A stretch of DNA of 64,000 bases from Candidatus Omnitrophota bacterium (lineage in GTDB: Bacteria > Omnitrophota > Gorgyraeia > B26-G9): the NCBI GenBank assembly GCA_016213925.1, contig JACQZH010000013.1, positions 14,034 through 78,033 on the forward strand, read 5' to 3'. The position numbers and the translations under genes are program-made. Shown here piece after piece: positions 47,722 through 57,355 of this stretch (positions are counted from its first letter, which is position 1; the number at the start of each line of letters is the position of its first letter). The notes beneath the pieces are model-generated. The model was not told where the DNA came from. It saw only the letters and a list, made by a program, of their open reading frames with translations, and searched no databases.

Positions 47722-48639
47722 ATGAGCAAAGTTAAAAAATTGGGTAAAGGCCTTGAGGATATATCGCATTTGTTCTTGTCTTCAGGAGATAAAGAAATTT
47801 CTTTTTCAGGCCAGGAGCAATCTTTATTACTAACACGGACTAAAAGTATCTGTCTTGTCGGTAATGGGGCTAAATTTCATGATTCTTTTCTGGTTATAAA
47901 TCTTGCGCTGGCTTTAGCCCGCTTGGGCATGCGCATTGCTGTGGTAGACGCCGATGAGGATCTTCCTTGTTTAAATTTTCTTCTCGGCAAAGAACAATCT
48001 AATAACGGAATAAATACAAGCGAAGTGTTTATCCAAAAAGGCCCTTTGGGGGTTCAGCTGGTGGGCTTAAATCAGAAGCGTTTAAGCCAGTTTCCCGATG
48101 CTCAAAAACAGGAATATATGCTTGAACAGTTGAGACAGGTGGAAAATGAGGTTGATTTAATAATGGTTAGTATGGCGCGCAGGAATTTACAGGATATGCG
48201 CCGGTTTTTAGAGAATTCTATCAGGGAATTTTTAGTTTTAGTATCTCCTGATAAGGACGATATGCTTTCCGCTTATGCGGTGATAAAGTCAATTTTCAAT
48301 GCGGATATTTTGGCGAAAATAGGCGTGATTATCACAGAGATAAATCATATGTATGAGATCGATGCGGTTTATGATAAGTTATACCAAGCTGTGCAGAAAT
48401 TTTTGGATAAACAGTTATATAAGTACGGATTTCTTTTTAAGATAAATCAGGATGTTGATTCTACGGCAAATATAGCGTCATTCTATGACGCGGATCTTAC
48501 AGCCTGCATTTCTAATATTGCCCAGATTGTTGTTTTAAGGTTGAACCTGGGCAATGAATCATCTGCCGGCGGGGCATTTTTTACGCGTTTATTTAATAAT
48601 TACCGGAGAATTGAAAATAATGGCAACGGTATTTCGTAA
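47722..48639 (+). CDS. Degenerate ParA/MinD-like protein (no canonical Walker A) with a ParB-like N-terminal peptide KKLGKGLEDISHLFLS
   Basis: The region ICLVGNGAKFHDSFLVINLALALARLGMRIAVVDAD resembles a ParA/MinD fold with a degenerate P-loop. The N-terminal LGKGLE motif resembles the ParA-activating LG(R/K)GL N-terminus of ParB proteins. Confidence 0.5.
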   Translation: MSKVKKLGKGLEDISHLFLSSGDKEISFSGQEQSLLLTRTKSICLVGNGAKFHDSFLVINLALALARLGMRIAVVDADEDLPCLNFLLGKEQSNNGINTSEVFIQKGPLGVQLVGLNQKRLSQFPDAQKQEYMLEQLRQVENEVDLIMVSMARRNLQDMRRFLENSIREFLVLVSPDKDDMLSAYAVIKSIFNADILAKIGVIITEINHMYEIDAVYDKLYQAVQKFLDKQLYKYGFLFKINQDVDSTANIASFYDADLTACISNIAQIVVLRLNLGNESSAGGAFFTRLFNNYRRIENNGNGIS

Positions 48640-49264
48640 ATCTCAAATTGATAAAGAAAAGCTTAGGGAAATTATTTTAAAAAATCCGGATGATTTGTTG
48701 CCGGGTTTAAGTTTTATTGACCAGCAGATTGGTTCTGAAGAATACGGTATTATTGATTTTCTTGGAGTAAACGTTAAGGGCGAGCTGATAATAGTTAATT
48801 TGGGGACAGCTATTAATGAAGGTCTCTTGGTTTCTTCTTTGAGCCAGCTAACTTGGCTTAAAGAAAATAAAAGTCTGCTTAAACGTTTATTTTTTAGCGA
48901 AAATATTGATTTTGATAAAGCTCCTCAAATAGTGCTTGTTGGAAACTGGTTTTCAGAGAGGTTCAAGTTTGCAGTTTTCCAGTTGCCGCGGCAAAATATC
49001 CATTTGATAGAATATAAGTACCTTATCGCGGAAGGTAAAGATGCGATAATTTTCGAAGAAATTGCGGATAAGAATCGCTGTGAGTGCGAGCCAGCCGCTC
49101 CCAGGCAACCGCAAACGGAAAATATTCCGGAGAATAGAGCGCATCTAACTGTCCAATCAAAGGATACTCTTTGGAAATCGCAAAAAGAACTGCTTACCAG
49201 CGAAGAAATAGCTGAATTTTTGGATTTTGACTTCAATCTTGGCGAAGAAAGGCCAGCAGCATAA
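48620..49264 (+). CDS. PD-(D/E)xK nuclease-like (DUF91/NucS-like fold) protein
   Basis: The GIIDFLGVNVKGELIIVNL block resembles the D..(D/E)xK core of DUF91/NucS-type nucleases. A GGAGA RBS precedes ATG 48620. The ORF-track start at 48554 overlaps the upstream gene. Confidence 0.35.
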   Translation: MATVFRKSQIDKEKLREIILKNPDDLLPGLSFIDQQIGSEEYGIIDFLGVNVKGELIIVNLGTAINEGLLVSSLSQLTWLKENKSLLKRLFFSENIDFDKAPQIVLVGNWFSERFKFAVFQLPRQNIHLIEYKYLIAEGKDAIIFEEIADKNRCECEPAAPRQPQTENIPENRAHLTVQSKDTLWKSQKELLTSEEIAEFLDFDFNLGEERPAA

Positions 49265-49310
49265 TGTCCCGGCGCAGGTTGTTCTTAACAGCATATCGTA
49301 TTTTTAAATA

Positions 49311-50087
49311 ATGACTGAAGAAAAGAAACAATTAAAAAGAAAATCCGAATCAGGTTATTATTATAGCCGGTTGATCCCAAAGAACATAATCTGCGCCTTT
49401 ACCACCAGAGAACATGATTACGGCTTGCGTAATGCCGAAAACTTTCATGAGTACAGTAATAATCTTAAGGCGCGTTTAAATTTTTTTAACCGTTTTGGCG
49501 GAAAACCTGAAAATATAGTTTTTTTTGAGCAGGTTCACAAGGCGAATATTTCAGTAGTTGAAAAAAAAGATTGCGGCAGCGGAGTTTTTGATTTTAGAAA
49601 CGCGCTGCGTTCTTCTGATGCCGCGGTTTGCCAAACTGCGGATATTGGCTTATGTATATTAACGGCTGATTGTTTGCCGGTATTCTTTATTGAGCCTAAA
49701 AAAAAGGTTATTGGGATTGCTCATGCCGGATGGCGAGGGACAAATCTTGGCATCTCTGTCCGGACTGTTAAAGTAATGGTAAATAATTTTCAGGCTGATC
49801 CAAATAATATAGAAGTGTATTTTGGCCCTGGAATACGCGTGTGTTGTTATGAAGTAGGCAGGGAGCTCTTACCGTTTTTTCCTGAACAGATTAAAAAGCG
49901 AGGGAAACGTTTTTACCTGGATCTGGTAAAGGCAAATATTACAAGGTTGAAAAAGGCAGGTATTAAAACAGAAAATATATTTGATGCAGGCATCTGCACA
50001 AAGTGTAATAACGATAAGTTTTTTTCTTTTCGCGCAGGAGATACTTATAAAAGGATGATGAGCCTAATCATGATAAAAAACAAATAG
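49311..50087 (+). CDS. YfiH/PgeF (DUF152, laccase-domain, purine nucleoside phosphorylase-like) family protein
   Basis: Motifs LTADCLPVFF and IAHAGWRGT are characteristic of DUF152. Confidence 0.7.
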   Translation: MTEEKKQLKRKSESGYYYSRLIPKNIICAFTTREHDYGLRNAENFHEYSNNLKARLNFFNRFGGKPENIVFFEQVHKANISVVEKKDCGSGVFDFRNALRSSDAAVCQTADIGLCILTADCLPVFFIEPKKKVIGIAHAGWRGTNLGISVRTVKVMVNNFQADPNNIEVYFGPGIRVCCYEVGRELLPFFPEQIKKRGKRFYLDLVKANITRLKKAGIKTENIFDAGICTKCNNDKFFSFRAGDTYKRMMSLIMIKNK

Positions 50088-50243
50088 TTAGCAGTAATCA
50101 ACCTTTTGCGCGCCATTGCGAAAAAAGAAGATAGTGCGCTGTAGAAATATCTCCTTGACTTTTATTAATAAAAGTAGTAATGTTAAGGGCACGGTAAATT
50201 TTAGAATGTAATAAATAATTGCTGATTTTAGCCATGAATAATT

Positions 50244-51686
50244 ATGAAGAAAATAAAAAAAACTGTTAATAAATCCAATAAGCTGCAACATTTTAAAACA
50301 GGGTTTCCTGAAAAGACAGAAATAATTTTAAGAAAAACACAGCAGAGGAAAGTTACCCCGACTACAAAAAAATTAGGCAAAGGGCTTGAAGATATATCTT
50401 ATTTATTTTTATCCGGTTCGGATAAAAATAAACAAGCTGGGAGACAGCCAGTATCCAGCCGTTCGACAGTTAAAAAAATTGCGCCAAAGACTGAAAAAAC
50501 TTCTGTAAGAACTTTGGAATCGGCTTCTGTGAAAAAAACTAAAAAAGTTTCTGCCAAGGCTCCTGCGGTTAAGGCGAAGATAAAAACAAAAGCCCGGATA
50601 AATAAAACAGAACCTATAATAATAAGTAGAAAAACAGGGGTGATAACAATGGATAAAATTCAAAAAAACGGCTCAACACAAAAAAATAATGTTGAAGCTA
50701 AAAAAGTATCAAAAACCGAGGAAAAGAAAAGCTTGGAAACTCTAAAGAAGAAAACATCCAGGCTGGGTTCAATCAGCGAATTAAAAACATTATTCAAGAA
50801 AAAAATATCGCAGCCTGTGCCGGAAAATATCCAGCAGGAACAGGTAATTGAGGAAAGTAAATTTTTTGTCGGGCCGGCGGTATCTGAGTTGCAAAAACAG
50901 GAAATACAGGCGAGTGATATCCCTTCCGGGTACGGCGACAATCGTATTGTTATTCAGGTAAGAGATCCTTACTGGTTGCATTCTTATTGGGAAATTACAG
51001 CGGAGAAAATAAACTCTTTAAGAAATGAAATAGGCGATGTCATTGATTCTGCCAAAAGGATATTGAGAATTTATGATATTACAAATGTTGTATTTGACGG
51101 TTCCAACGCGAATAAATTTTTTGATATTGAAATAAATAATCATGCCAATAACTGGTATATTCATACCGGAGAAGCTGGGCGCGGCTATTGCGTCGATATC
51201 GGGCTGATACTGCCTGATGGGCGGTTTATTCTTTTAGCTAGGTCGAATTGTGTTGCTACCCCGATAGACGGGCCAAGCTGGATTACAGATGAAGAATGGA
51301 TGGTTATAGAAGATGATTTTAACCGCTTGTACGGTTTATCCGCAGGTTTGGGTATTGGGTTAAGCTCCATGGAATTAAGGAAACAGATAAAGGAAAAGAT
51401 GAAACATATCTCTTCCGGTATGGTTTCGTCTGCGGGCTTGGCCAGGAAAGCCGCTGAACGAAAATTTTGGCTTGTGGTAAATACCGAATTGATAGTATAT
51501 GGCGCGACTGAGCCGGATGCAAGTGTTTCCATCCAGGGCAGGCCAATAAAATTAAATGCGGATGGCACATTTAGTATTCGTTTTGCGTTACCTGATGGAG
51601 AGCAGGTAATACCTGTTAAAGCTGTTTCCGCAGATGGCTTTGAGGAAAGGGTTATTACTCCGGAAGTGCAGAAAAAAACCACATAA
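50244..51686 (+). CDS. Lys-rich protein with a ParB-like N-terminal peptide (TKKLGKGLEDISYLFLS) and a C-terminal DUF4912-like domain
   Basis: The N-terminal motif is shared with the 47722 gene. A low-complexity K/T/S-rich linker follows. The C-terminal about 220 aa (RIVIQVRDPYWLHSYWEI..NNWYIHTGEAGRGYCVDIG) resembles DUF4912, which to my recollection is often encoded next to GH57 genes. Confidence 0.55.
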   Translation: MKKIKKTVNKSNKLQHFKTGFPEKTEIILRKTQQRKVTPTTKKLGKGLEDISYLFLSGSDKNKQAGRQPVSSRSTVKKIAPKTEKTSVRTLESASVKKTKKVSAKAPAVKAKIKTKARINKTEPIIISRKTGVITMDKIQKNGSTQKNNVEAKKVSKTEEKKSLETLKKKTSRLGSISELKTLFKKKISQPVPENIQQEQVIEESKFFVGPAVSELQKQEIQASDIPSGYGDNRIVIQVRDPYWLHSYWEITAEKINSLRNEIGDVIDSAKRILRIYDITNVVFDGSNANKFFDIEINNHANNWYIHTGEAGRGYCVDIGLILPDGRFILLARSNCVATPIDGPSWITDEEWMVIEDDFNRLYGLSAGLGIGLSSMELRKQIKEKMKHISSGMVSSAGLARKAAERKFWLVVNTELIVYGATEPDASVSIQGRPIKLNADGTFSIRFALPDGEQVIPVKAVSADGFEERVITPEVQKKTT

Positions 51687-51723
51687 TTTTTAATTTTTTT
51701 TCCATAAGCTTAGTAAAAAAATA

Positions 51724-51762
51724 ACGCTGGAATTTTTTTTAAAGTATATTCCGGCGTTTTTC
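51724..51762 (+). terminator. Rho-independent terminator after the DUF4912 gene
   Basis: Stem ACGCUGGAAU / AUUCCGGCGU, 10 bp with one G-U pair, a 14-nt loop, then T5 at 51757-51761. Confidence 0.55.
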
Positions 51763-51891
51763 ATTGTTTCCATTGTTAAATATCTTGAATTATGAAAATT
51801 AGTATGTTAAACTAATTACATTATTTTTCTGACTGATCCAGAGTTTTTGGAAAACTATTATAAAATGAGTGTTTTAAAAAGGAAAAACAAA

Positions 51892-53472
51892 ATGGAAAAA
51901 GGATATCTTTGTATTGTTTTACATGGGCACTTACCGTTTGTACGGCATCCCGAACATGAAAATTTTTTGGAAGAGGAATGGTTATATGAAGCAATTACCG
52001 AAACATATATTCCTTTATTAGTAATGTTCGAGCGCTTGTTAGCGGATAATGTTGATTTCCGTGTAACGATAGGATTGTCTCCGACTTTGATTTCCATGTT
52101 AATGGATTCTTTGTTGCAGCAACGTTATATGCGCCATATAGATAAATTGATCGAATTGGCCAGCCGGGAAGTCGAACGTACGCGCTGGCAGCCTGAATTC
52201 AATAAACTTGCGTTAATGTATCTTAGTAAGCTGAATCTTGCCAGGTATACATTTGCTGAAAAATATCATCGCAATATCGTTGAAGGATTTAAGAGAGTTC
52301 AAGATGCTGGAAAACTGGAAATTATGACTTGCGGGGCAACGCACGGTTATTTTCCGCTTATGGATGTTACTAAGGCTTCAATTCGCGCGCAGGTACGTGT
52401 TGCTGTAAATCAGTATAAAAGTGTTTTTGGCCGAAACCCAAGGGGTATTTGGCTTCCGGAATGCGGTTATCAGCCTGGAGATGATGAAATCCTTAAGGAT
52501 TGCGGGTTAAGATATTTTTTCGGAGATACACATGCTGTACTGCATGGTGTCCCTCGTCCCAAATATGGGGTTTTTGCTCCGGTTTATTGTAAATCCGGAG
52601 TCGCTTGTTTTGGCCGTGATGTGGAATCTTCAAAGCAGGTTTGGAGCGCAGCTCAAGGGTATCCTGGTGATTATAACTACCGTGAGTTTTATCGTGATAT
52701 TGGCTTTGATCTGGATTTTGATTATATAAAGCCATATATACATCCGGATGGGATAAGGACTAATACCGGAATAAAATATTACCGGATTACCGGTAAAACA
52801 GACCATAAGCAGCCTTATGTTCCGGAAATAGCAATGGAAACAGCAGCTAGTCATGCCGCCAATTTTATGTTTAACCGGGAAAAACAAGTTGAATATGTAT
52901 ACGGCCTGATAAAAAAAAGGCCGATTATAGTTTCTCCTTATGACGCAGAACTATTCGGGCATTGGTGGTATGAAGGCCCGGAATGGCTGGATTTTCTTAT
53001 CCGGAAGATAGCTTATGACCAGAAAACAATTAAACTTATTAACCCTTCTGAATATCTGGAACGTTATCCGCGTAATCAGGTGATTACTCCTTCTTTATCG
53101 AGTTGGGGGTGGAAGGGGTATTCAGAGTTTTGGCTGGAAGGTTCTAATGACTGGATTTACCGTCATTTACATAAGGCATCTGAACGCATGAATAGGTTAA
53201 CTCAATTATATCCGCAGGCGCAAGGTGTGTTGGTACGTGCTTTAAACCAGGCTTTAAGAGAACTATTGCTGGCGCAAAGTTCCGATTGGGCGTTTATTAT
53301 GAAGACAGGCACGCATGTATCATACGCAGTTGAAAGGACGAAAAATCATCTGCTTAATTTTACAAAACTCTATTACCAGATCAGAAAAAATTCTATTGAT
53401 GAACCTTGGATGGCTAAACTAGAGAGCACAAACAATATTTTTCCTGATATTGATTACAAATTTCATATGTAA
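51892..53472 (+). CDS. Glycoside hydrolase family 57 enzyme (alpha-1,4-glucan branching enzyme type)
   Basis: N-terminal GYLCIVLHGHLPFVRHPEHE is the GH57 signature, with a long C-terminal alpha-helical domain. The start is probably ATG 51892 (AAAGGA RBS); alternatives are 51865 or 51847. Confidence 0.75.
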   Translation: MEKGYLCIVLHGHLPFVRHPEHENFLEEEWLYEAITETYIPLLVMFERLLADNVDFRVTIGLSPTLISMLMDSLLQQRYMRHIDKLIELASREVERTRWQPEFNKLALMYLSKLNLARYTFAEKYHRNIVEGFKRVQDAGKLEIMTCGATHGYFPLMDVTKASIRAQVRVAVNQYKSVFGRNPRGIWLPECGYQPGDDEILKDCGLRYFFGDTHAVLHGVPRPKYGVFAPVYCKSGVACFGRDVESSKQVWSAAQGYPGDYNYREFYRDIGFDLDFDYIKPYIHPDGIRTNTGIKYYRITGKTDHKQPYVPEIAMETAASHAANFMFNREKQVEYVYGLIKKRPIIVSPYDAELFGHWWYEGPEWLDFLIRKIAYDQKTIKLINPSEYLERYPRNQVITPSLSSWGWKGYSEFWLEGSNDWIYRHLHKASERMNRLTQLYPQAQGVLVRALNQALRELLLAQSSDWAFIMKTGTHVSYAVERTKNHLLNFTKLYYQIRKNSIDEPWMAKLESTNNIFPDIDYKFHM

Positions 53473-53524
53473 TAAATTTGAAGTACTGTTTAGGCAGGTA
53501 ATAATCCGCACAGAGTATAACTAA

Positions 53525-54250
53525 ATGCATGCAAAAGAGAAAATCCCCGAACATATAGCGATAATTATGGATGGCAATGGCCGCTGGGCGAATAAAAAAG
53601 GATTACCGCGGATTGCCGGGCACAGGCAGGGTGCTAAGGTTATCAAGTCGATTGTTAAACAAGCCGATGCCGTGGGTGTTAAGTTCTTGACCCTATATAC
53701 TTTTTCTACGGAGAACTGGAAAAGGCCGCAAGCTGAAGTTAATTTTCTTATGCAGCTTCTAAGTGTGTATTTAAAAAAAGAGCTAAACCATCTTAAGGGA
53801 AAAAATGTCCGGTTTCTGACAATTGGCATGATTGAAGCGTTGCCTAAGCTGGCGCGGGATATTTTAAATAAGGCAAAATTAGAAACGCGGGAGAATACCG
53901 GGTTAACGCTTATCTTAGCGCTTAATTATGGAGCACGCAGTGAGATTTTACAGGCTGCGTTATCTTTGCATGAGGATATTGAGAAAGGAAAGATTGATAA
54001 AAAATCAGTTTCAGAAATGGATTTTTCGAAGTACCTTTATACCTCCGGAATTCCAGATCCCGAATTGTTAATCCGGACCAGCGGAGAAAAGCGGTTGAGT
54101 AATTTTCTTCTCTGGCAGCTTTCTTACAGCGAAATATACATTACCGATAGATTTTGGCCGGATTTTGATAAGGATGAGTTTAACAGGGCTATTGAAGATT
54201 TTCAAAATAGGAAACGCCGGTTTGGGGACGTTAGAGAAACCAAAAGTTAA
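53525..54250 (+). CDS. uppS: Undecaprenyl-diphosphate synthase
   Basis: Motifs HIAIIMDGNGRWA, LTLYTFSTENWKRP and RTSGEKRLSNFLLWQ. Confidence 0.9.
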   Translation: MHAKEKIPEHIAIIMDGNGRWANKKGLPRIAGHRQGAKVIKSIVKQADAVGVKFLTLYTFSTENWKRPQAEVNFLMQLLSVYLKKELNHLKGKNVRFLTIGMIEALPKLARDILNKAKLETRENTGLTLILALNYGARSEILQAALSLHEDIEKGKIDKKSVSEMDFSKYLYTSGIPDPELLIRTSGEKRLSNFLLWQLSYSEIYITDRFWPDFDKDEFNRAIEDFQNRKRRFGDVRETKS

Positions 54251-54296
54251 AGGCCAAAAGCTAAAAACTAATTAAATATAAGGGAATAAGAAATTT

Positions 54297-55115
54297 ATGG
54301 CAAGCGCGGAGTTAGAAAGGAGAGCGGTTACTGCTGTTAGCGTTATATTATTTGTGATTTTCGGGATATTTATTATGCCGGAATGGTTTTTTGCCGCTGT
54401 GGTAACTTTTCTTATCGGCATGGGCTTATATGAATTCTACGGCTTGATCGAAAAAAAAGGTATTTTTATATATAAATATATCGGGATATTAATAGGCATT
54501 TTGATTCCAGTGAGTATTTATGCTAAATTTGAACCGACTAAAGGCTGGGAATTATTTTTTATCGCGGCAGTGACTTTATTGTTTTTTGTCTTGCAGTTTA
54601 TTCGTAAGGATAGCTCACAAGCTATTGTAGGGATTTCTACTACTATGTTCGGGATTTTCTATGTAAGCTGGTTTTTTTCTTTTTTGATCAAGATAAGGTT
54701 CATGCCGCAAGGGAAATTGCTTGCGGCTTTTCTGCTTTTGGTGACCAAAATGGGAGATATCGGCGCGTATATTATCGGTGCGAATTTTGGTAAAAATCCG
54801 CTGATTACGCGAATAAGCCCAAAAAAGACATTTGAAGGCGCGTTAGGAGGGCTTATTTTTAGTGTTAGCGCTGCTTTTATAAGTAAATTATACCTGGGGT
54901 TTATTCCGCTTTTCCATTTATTGGCAATGGGTGTGCTTATTGGTTTTCTTTCTCAAGTAGGCGATCTTTGCGAATCGCTGATTAAAAGAGATTGCGGAGT
55001 AAAAGATAGCGGCGCATATCTTCCTGAATTGGGGGGGATTTTGGATATTATTGACAGTATTATTTTTGCCAGCCCGTTTTTTTATTTTTATTTGATACAT
55101 TTTAATTTAATTTAA
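54297..55115 (+). CDS. cdsA: Phosphatidate cytidylyltransferase
   Basis: Polytopic, with KTFEGALGG and C-terminal SLIKRDCGVKDSGAYLPELGGILDIIDS (the CdsA signature). Confidence 0.85.
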   Translation: MASAELERRAVTAVSVILFVIFGIFIMPEWFFAAVVTFLIGMGLYEFYGLIEKKGIFIYKYIGILIGILIPVSIYAKFEPTKGWELFFIAAVTLLFFVLQFIRKDSSQAIVGISTTMFGIFYVSWFFSFLIKIRFMPQGKLLAAFLLLVTKMGDIGAYIIGANFGKNPLITRISPKKTFEGALGGLIFSVSAAFISKLYLGFIPLFHLLAMGVLIGFLSQVGDLCESLIKRDCGVKDSGAYLPELGGILDIIDSIIFASPFFYFYLIHFNLI

Positions 55116-55124
55116 GTAAGAAGT

Positions 55125-56270
55125 ATGAAGAAAATCGCAATTTTAGGTTCAACCGGATCTATTGGCACAAATACGCTGCGAGTGGTAGAACAAAGGCCTG
55201 ACGATTTTCAGGTAATTGGCTTAAGCGCGTATCGTAATATATGTTTGCTTTCCGAACAGATAAAACGGTTTCGTCCGAAGATAGTTAGTGTTAAGGATGA
55301 AAGCGCGATTAAGGAACTCAATAATTTAGCGGATCTTTCGGGGGTGGATGTGTTTACGCAGGATGATGGCCTGATTAAAATAGCCACGGAAAAACAAGTT
55401 CAGACTTTAGTAGTGGCGACTTCCGGAATAATCAGCCTTATTCCGACATTATTAGCCATAGAACAAGGTAAATGTATTGCTTTAGCTAATAAAGAGCCTT
55501 TGGTTATGGCTGGTAAAGTGGTCATGGAAAAACTTAAAAAACATAAAGGGCAAATTATCCCGGTAGATTCTGAACATAGCGCGATATTTCAGTGTATCGG
55601 TAAAGAAAATATAAATTCGGTTAAACGTATCTATCTTACCGGAAGCGGGGGCCCGTTTCGAATGGCGACAATTAAGCAATTGAAAGCAGCTAAAGCAAGC
55701 AGTGCTTTGCGTCATCCTAAATGGAAGATGGGCAAGAAGATCACAATAGATTCAGCGACTTTAATGAACAAGGGGCTTGAGCTTATTGAAGCTTCCTGGC
55801 TTTTTAATATTGCTCCGGAGAATATAGAAATATTGATACATCCTGAAGCAATTATTCATTCCATGGTTGAATTTAACGATTGTTCGGTCATTGCCCAGCT
55901 GGGGATTACTGATATGCGCCTGCCGATTCAATACGCGCTGGATTATCCAAAACGTATTGCGAATGATCTTAATTCAGTTGATTTTTTTAAAATGAAGGCG
56001 CTTACTTTTTACAAAGCGGATGAAAAAAAATTCCCCTGCCTGGCGATTGCTAAAAAAGTTGCTGAAAAAGGAGGAAGCGGCGGATGTGTAATGAATGCGG
56101 CAAACGAGGTTGCGGTTGAAGTATTTTTGAATAATAAAATTGGTTTTATGGATATTCCCAAGGTGATTGACAAAGTCCTTAAAAAACATAAGTTTATTAC
56201 AAACCCCAGCTTGGATGAGATTCTTTCTTCAGATCAATGGGCGCGAAAGGAGGCTAGGTTATTTTGTTAG
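55125..56270 (+). CDS. dxr: 1-deoxy-D-xylulose 5-phosphate reductoisomerase
   Basis: Motifs KKIAILGSTGSIGTNTL, LANKEPLV and DSEHSAIFQ. Confidence 0.9.
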   Translation: MKKIAILGSTGSIGTNTLRVVEQRPDDFQVIGLSAYRNICLLSEQIKRFRPKIVSVKDESAIKELNNLADLSGVDVFTQDDGLIKIATEKQVQTLVVATSGIISLIPTLLAIEQGKCIALANKEPLVMAGKVVMEKLKKHKGQIIPVDSEHSAIFQCIGKENINSVKRIYLTGSGGPFRMATIKQLKAAKASSALRHPKWKMGKKITIDSATLMNKGLELIEASWLFNIAPENIEILIHPEAIIHSMVEFNDCSVIAQLGITDMRLPIQYALDYPKRIANDLNSVDFFKMKALTFYKADEKKFPCLAIAKKVAEKGGSGGCVMNAANEVAVEVFLNNKIGFMDIPKVIDKVLKKHKFITNPSLDEILSSDQWARKEARLFC

Positions 56271-57355
56271 CAACAGTTTCGTTTCTATTTGTTTTAGGGG
56301 TTTTGGTGCTTGCGCATGAATTCGGCCACTTTATTGTGGCAAAATTTTTTAAAGTCCGGGTAGAAATATTTTCAATCGGGTTTGGGCGCAAGATTCTCGG
56401 GATAAAAAAGGGAGATACGGAATACCGGATTTCCTTATTCCCTTTAGGCGGATATGTTAAAATGGCTGGAGATAATCCGGAAGAAGTAAGAAAAGGCGAT
56501 AAAGGTGAATTTTTGTCAAAATCTCCGGGAGAAAGATCAGCGATTGTTTTAGCCGGGCCGGCTTTTAATTACCTAATCTCTTTTTTGATTTTTAGTTTTA
56601 TTTTTTTTACGGGATTTCCCAGATTGATAACCCAATTAGGAGAGGTTAAAGAAAACTATCCGGCGTATGAAGCAGGGATTAAAACAGGCGACAGAATTGT
56701 TTCTATTGATGGTAAAGAAGTTGAATTTTGGGATGACCTTTCGTTAATTATACACGATAAAGTTGAGAATATTCCGGTAAAACTAAGAGTAGAGAGGGAT
56801 GAACAGGTTTTAGAAATTACGGTTATCCCTAAAGTTGAAAGCGTAAAAAATATTTTTGGCGAAGAGCAAAAAATCGGGCTTAGTGGAGTAGCGCCTTCGG
56901 ATGAATCAAAAATTGTGAGATTTCCCCCTTTGGAATCAATTTATTACGGAGCGGAACAAGTAGTTTCTTTGACGAAATTAACTTACTTTTCTTTTTACAA
57001 TATGATTATCGGGAAGATGTCGGTACGCAATTCCCTTGCCGGGCCTGTAGAGATATTTCGCATTACCGGAAAGGAAGCGGAAAAAGGTTTTGTTAATTTG
57101 CTTCATTTGATGGCGGTATTGAGTGTTAGTTTGGCTATTATCAATTTATTTCCGGTCCCGGTTTTAGATGGAGGGCATCTTTTGTTTTTCTTATTTGAAA
57201 AAATAAGAGGAAAACCAGTAGGCATTAAAGGCCAGGAAGTCGCTACGAGGATAGGATTCTCCATTCTTATCGGGCTGATGGTTTTTGTTTTATACAACGA
57301 TTTATCGCGGATTGGTTTTTTTGAGAAAGTTTTTAACCTTTTTTCGAGTAAATGA
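56264..57355 (+). CDS. rseP: RseP-type site-2 zinc metalloprotease (RIP protease)
   Basis: HEFGHF (HExxH) in the first transmembrane helix, a PDZ-like middle region and an LDGGH motif. Apparent TTG start with a GGAGG RBS. Confidence 0.85.
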   Translation: MLATVSFLFVLGVLVLAHEFGHFIVAKFFKVRVEIFSIGFGRKILGIKKGDTEYRISLFPLGGYVKMAGDNPEEVRKGDKGEFLSKSPGERSAIVLAGPAFNYLISFLIFSFIFFTGFPRLITQLGEVKENYPAYEAGIKTGDRIVSIDGKEVEFWDDLSLIIHDKVENIPVKLRVERDEQVLEITVIPKVESVKNIFGEEQKIGLSGVAPSDESKIVRFPPLESIYYGAEQVVSLTKLTYFSFYNMIIGKMSVRNSLAGPVEIFRITGKEAEKGFVNLLHLMAVLSVSLAIINLFPVPVLDGGHLLFFLFEKIRGKPVGIKGQEVATRIGFSILIGLMVFVLYNDLSRIGFFEKVFNLFSSK

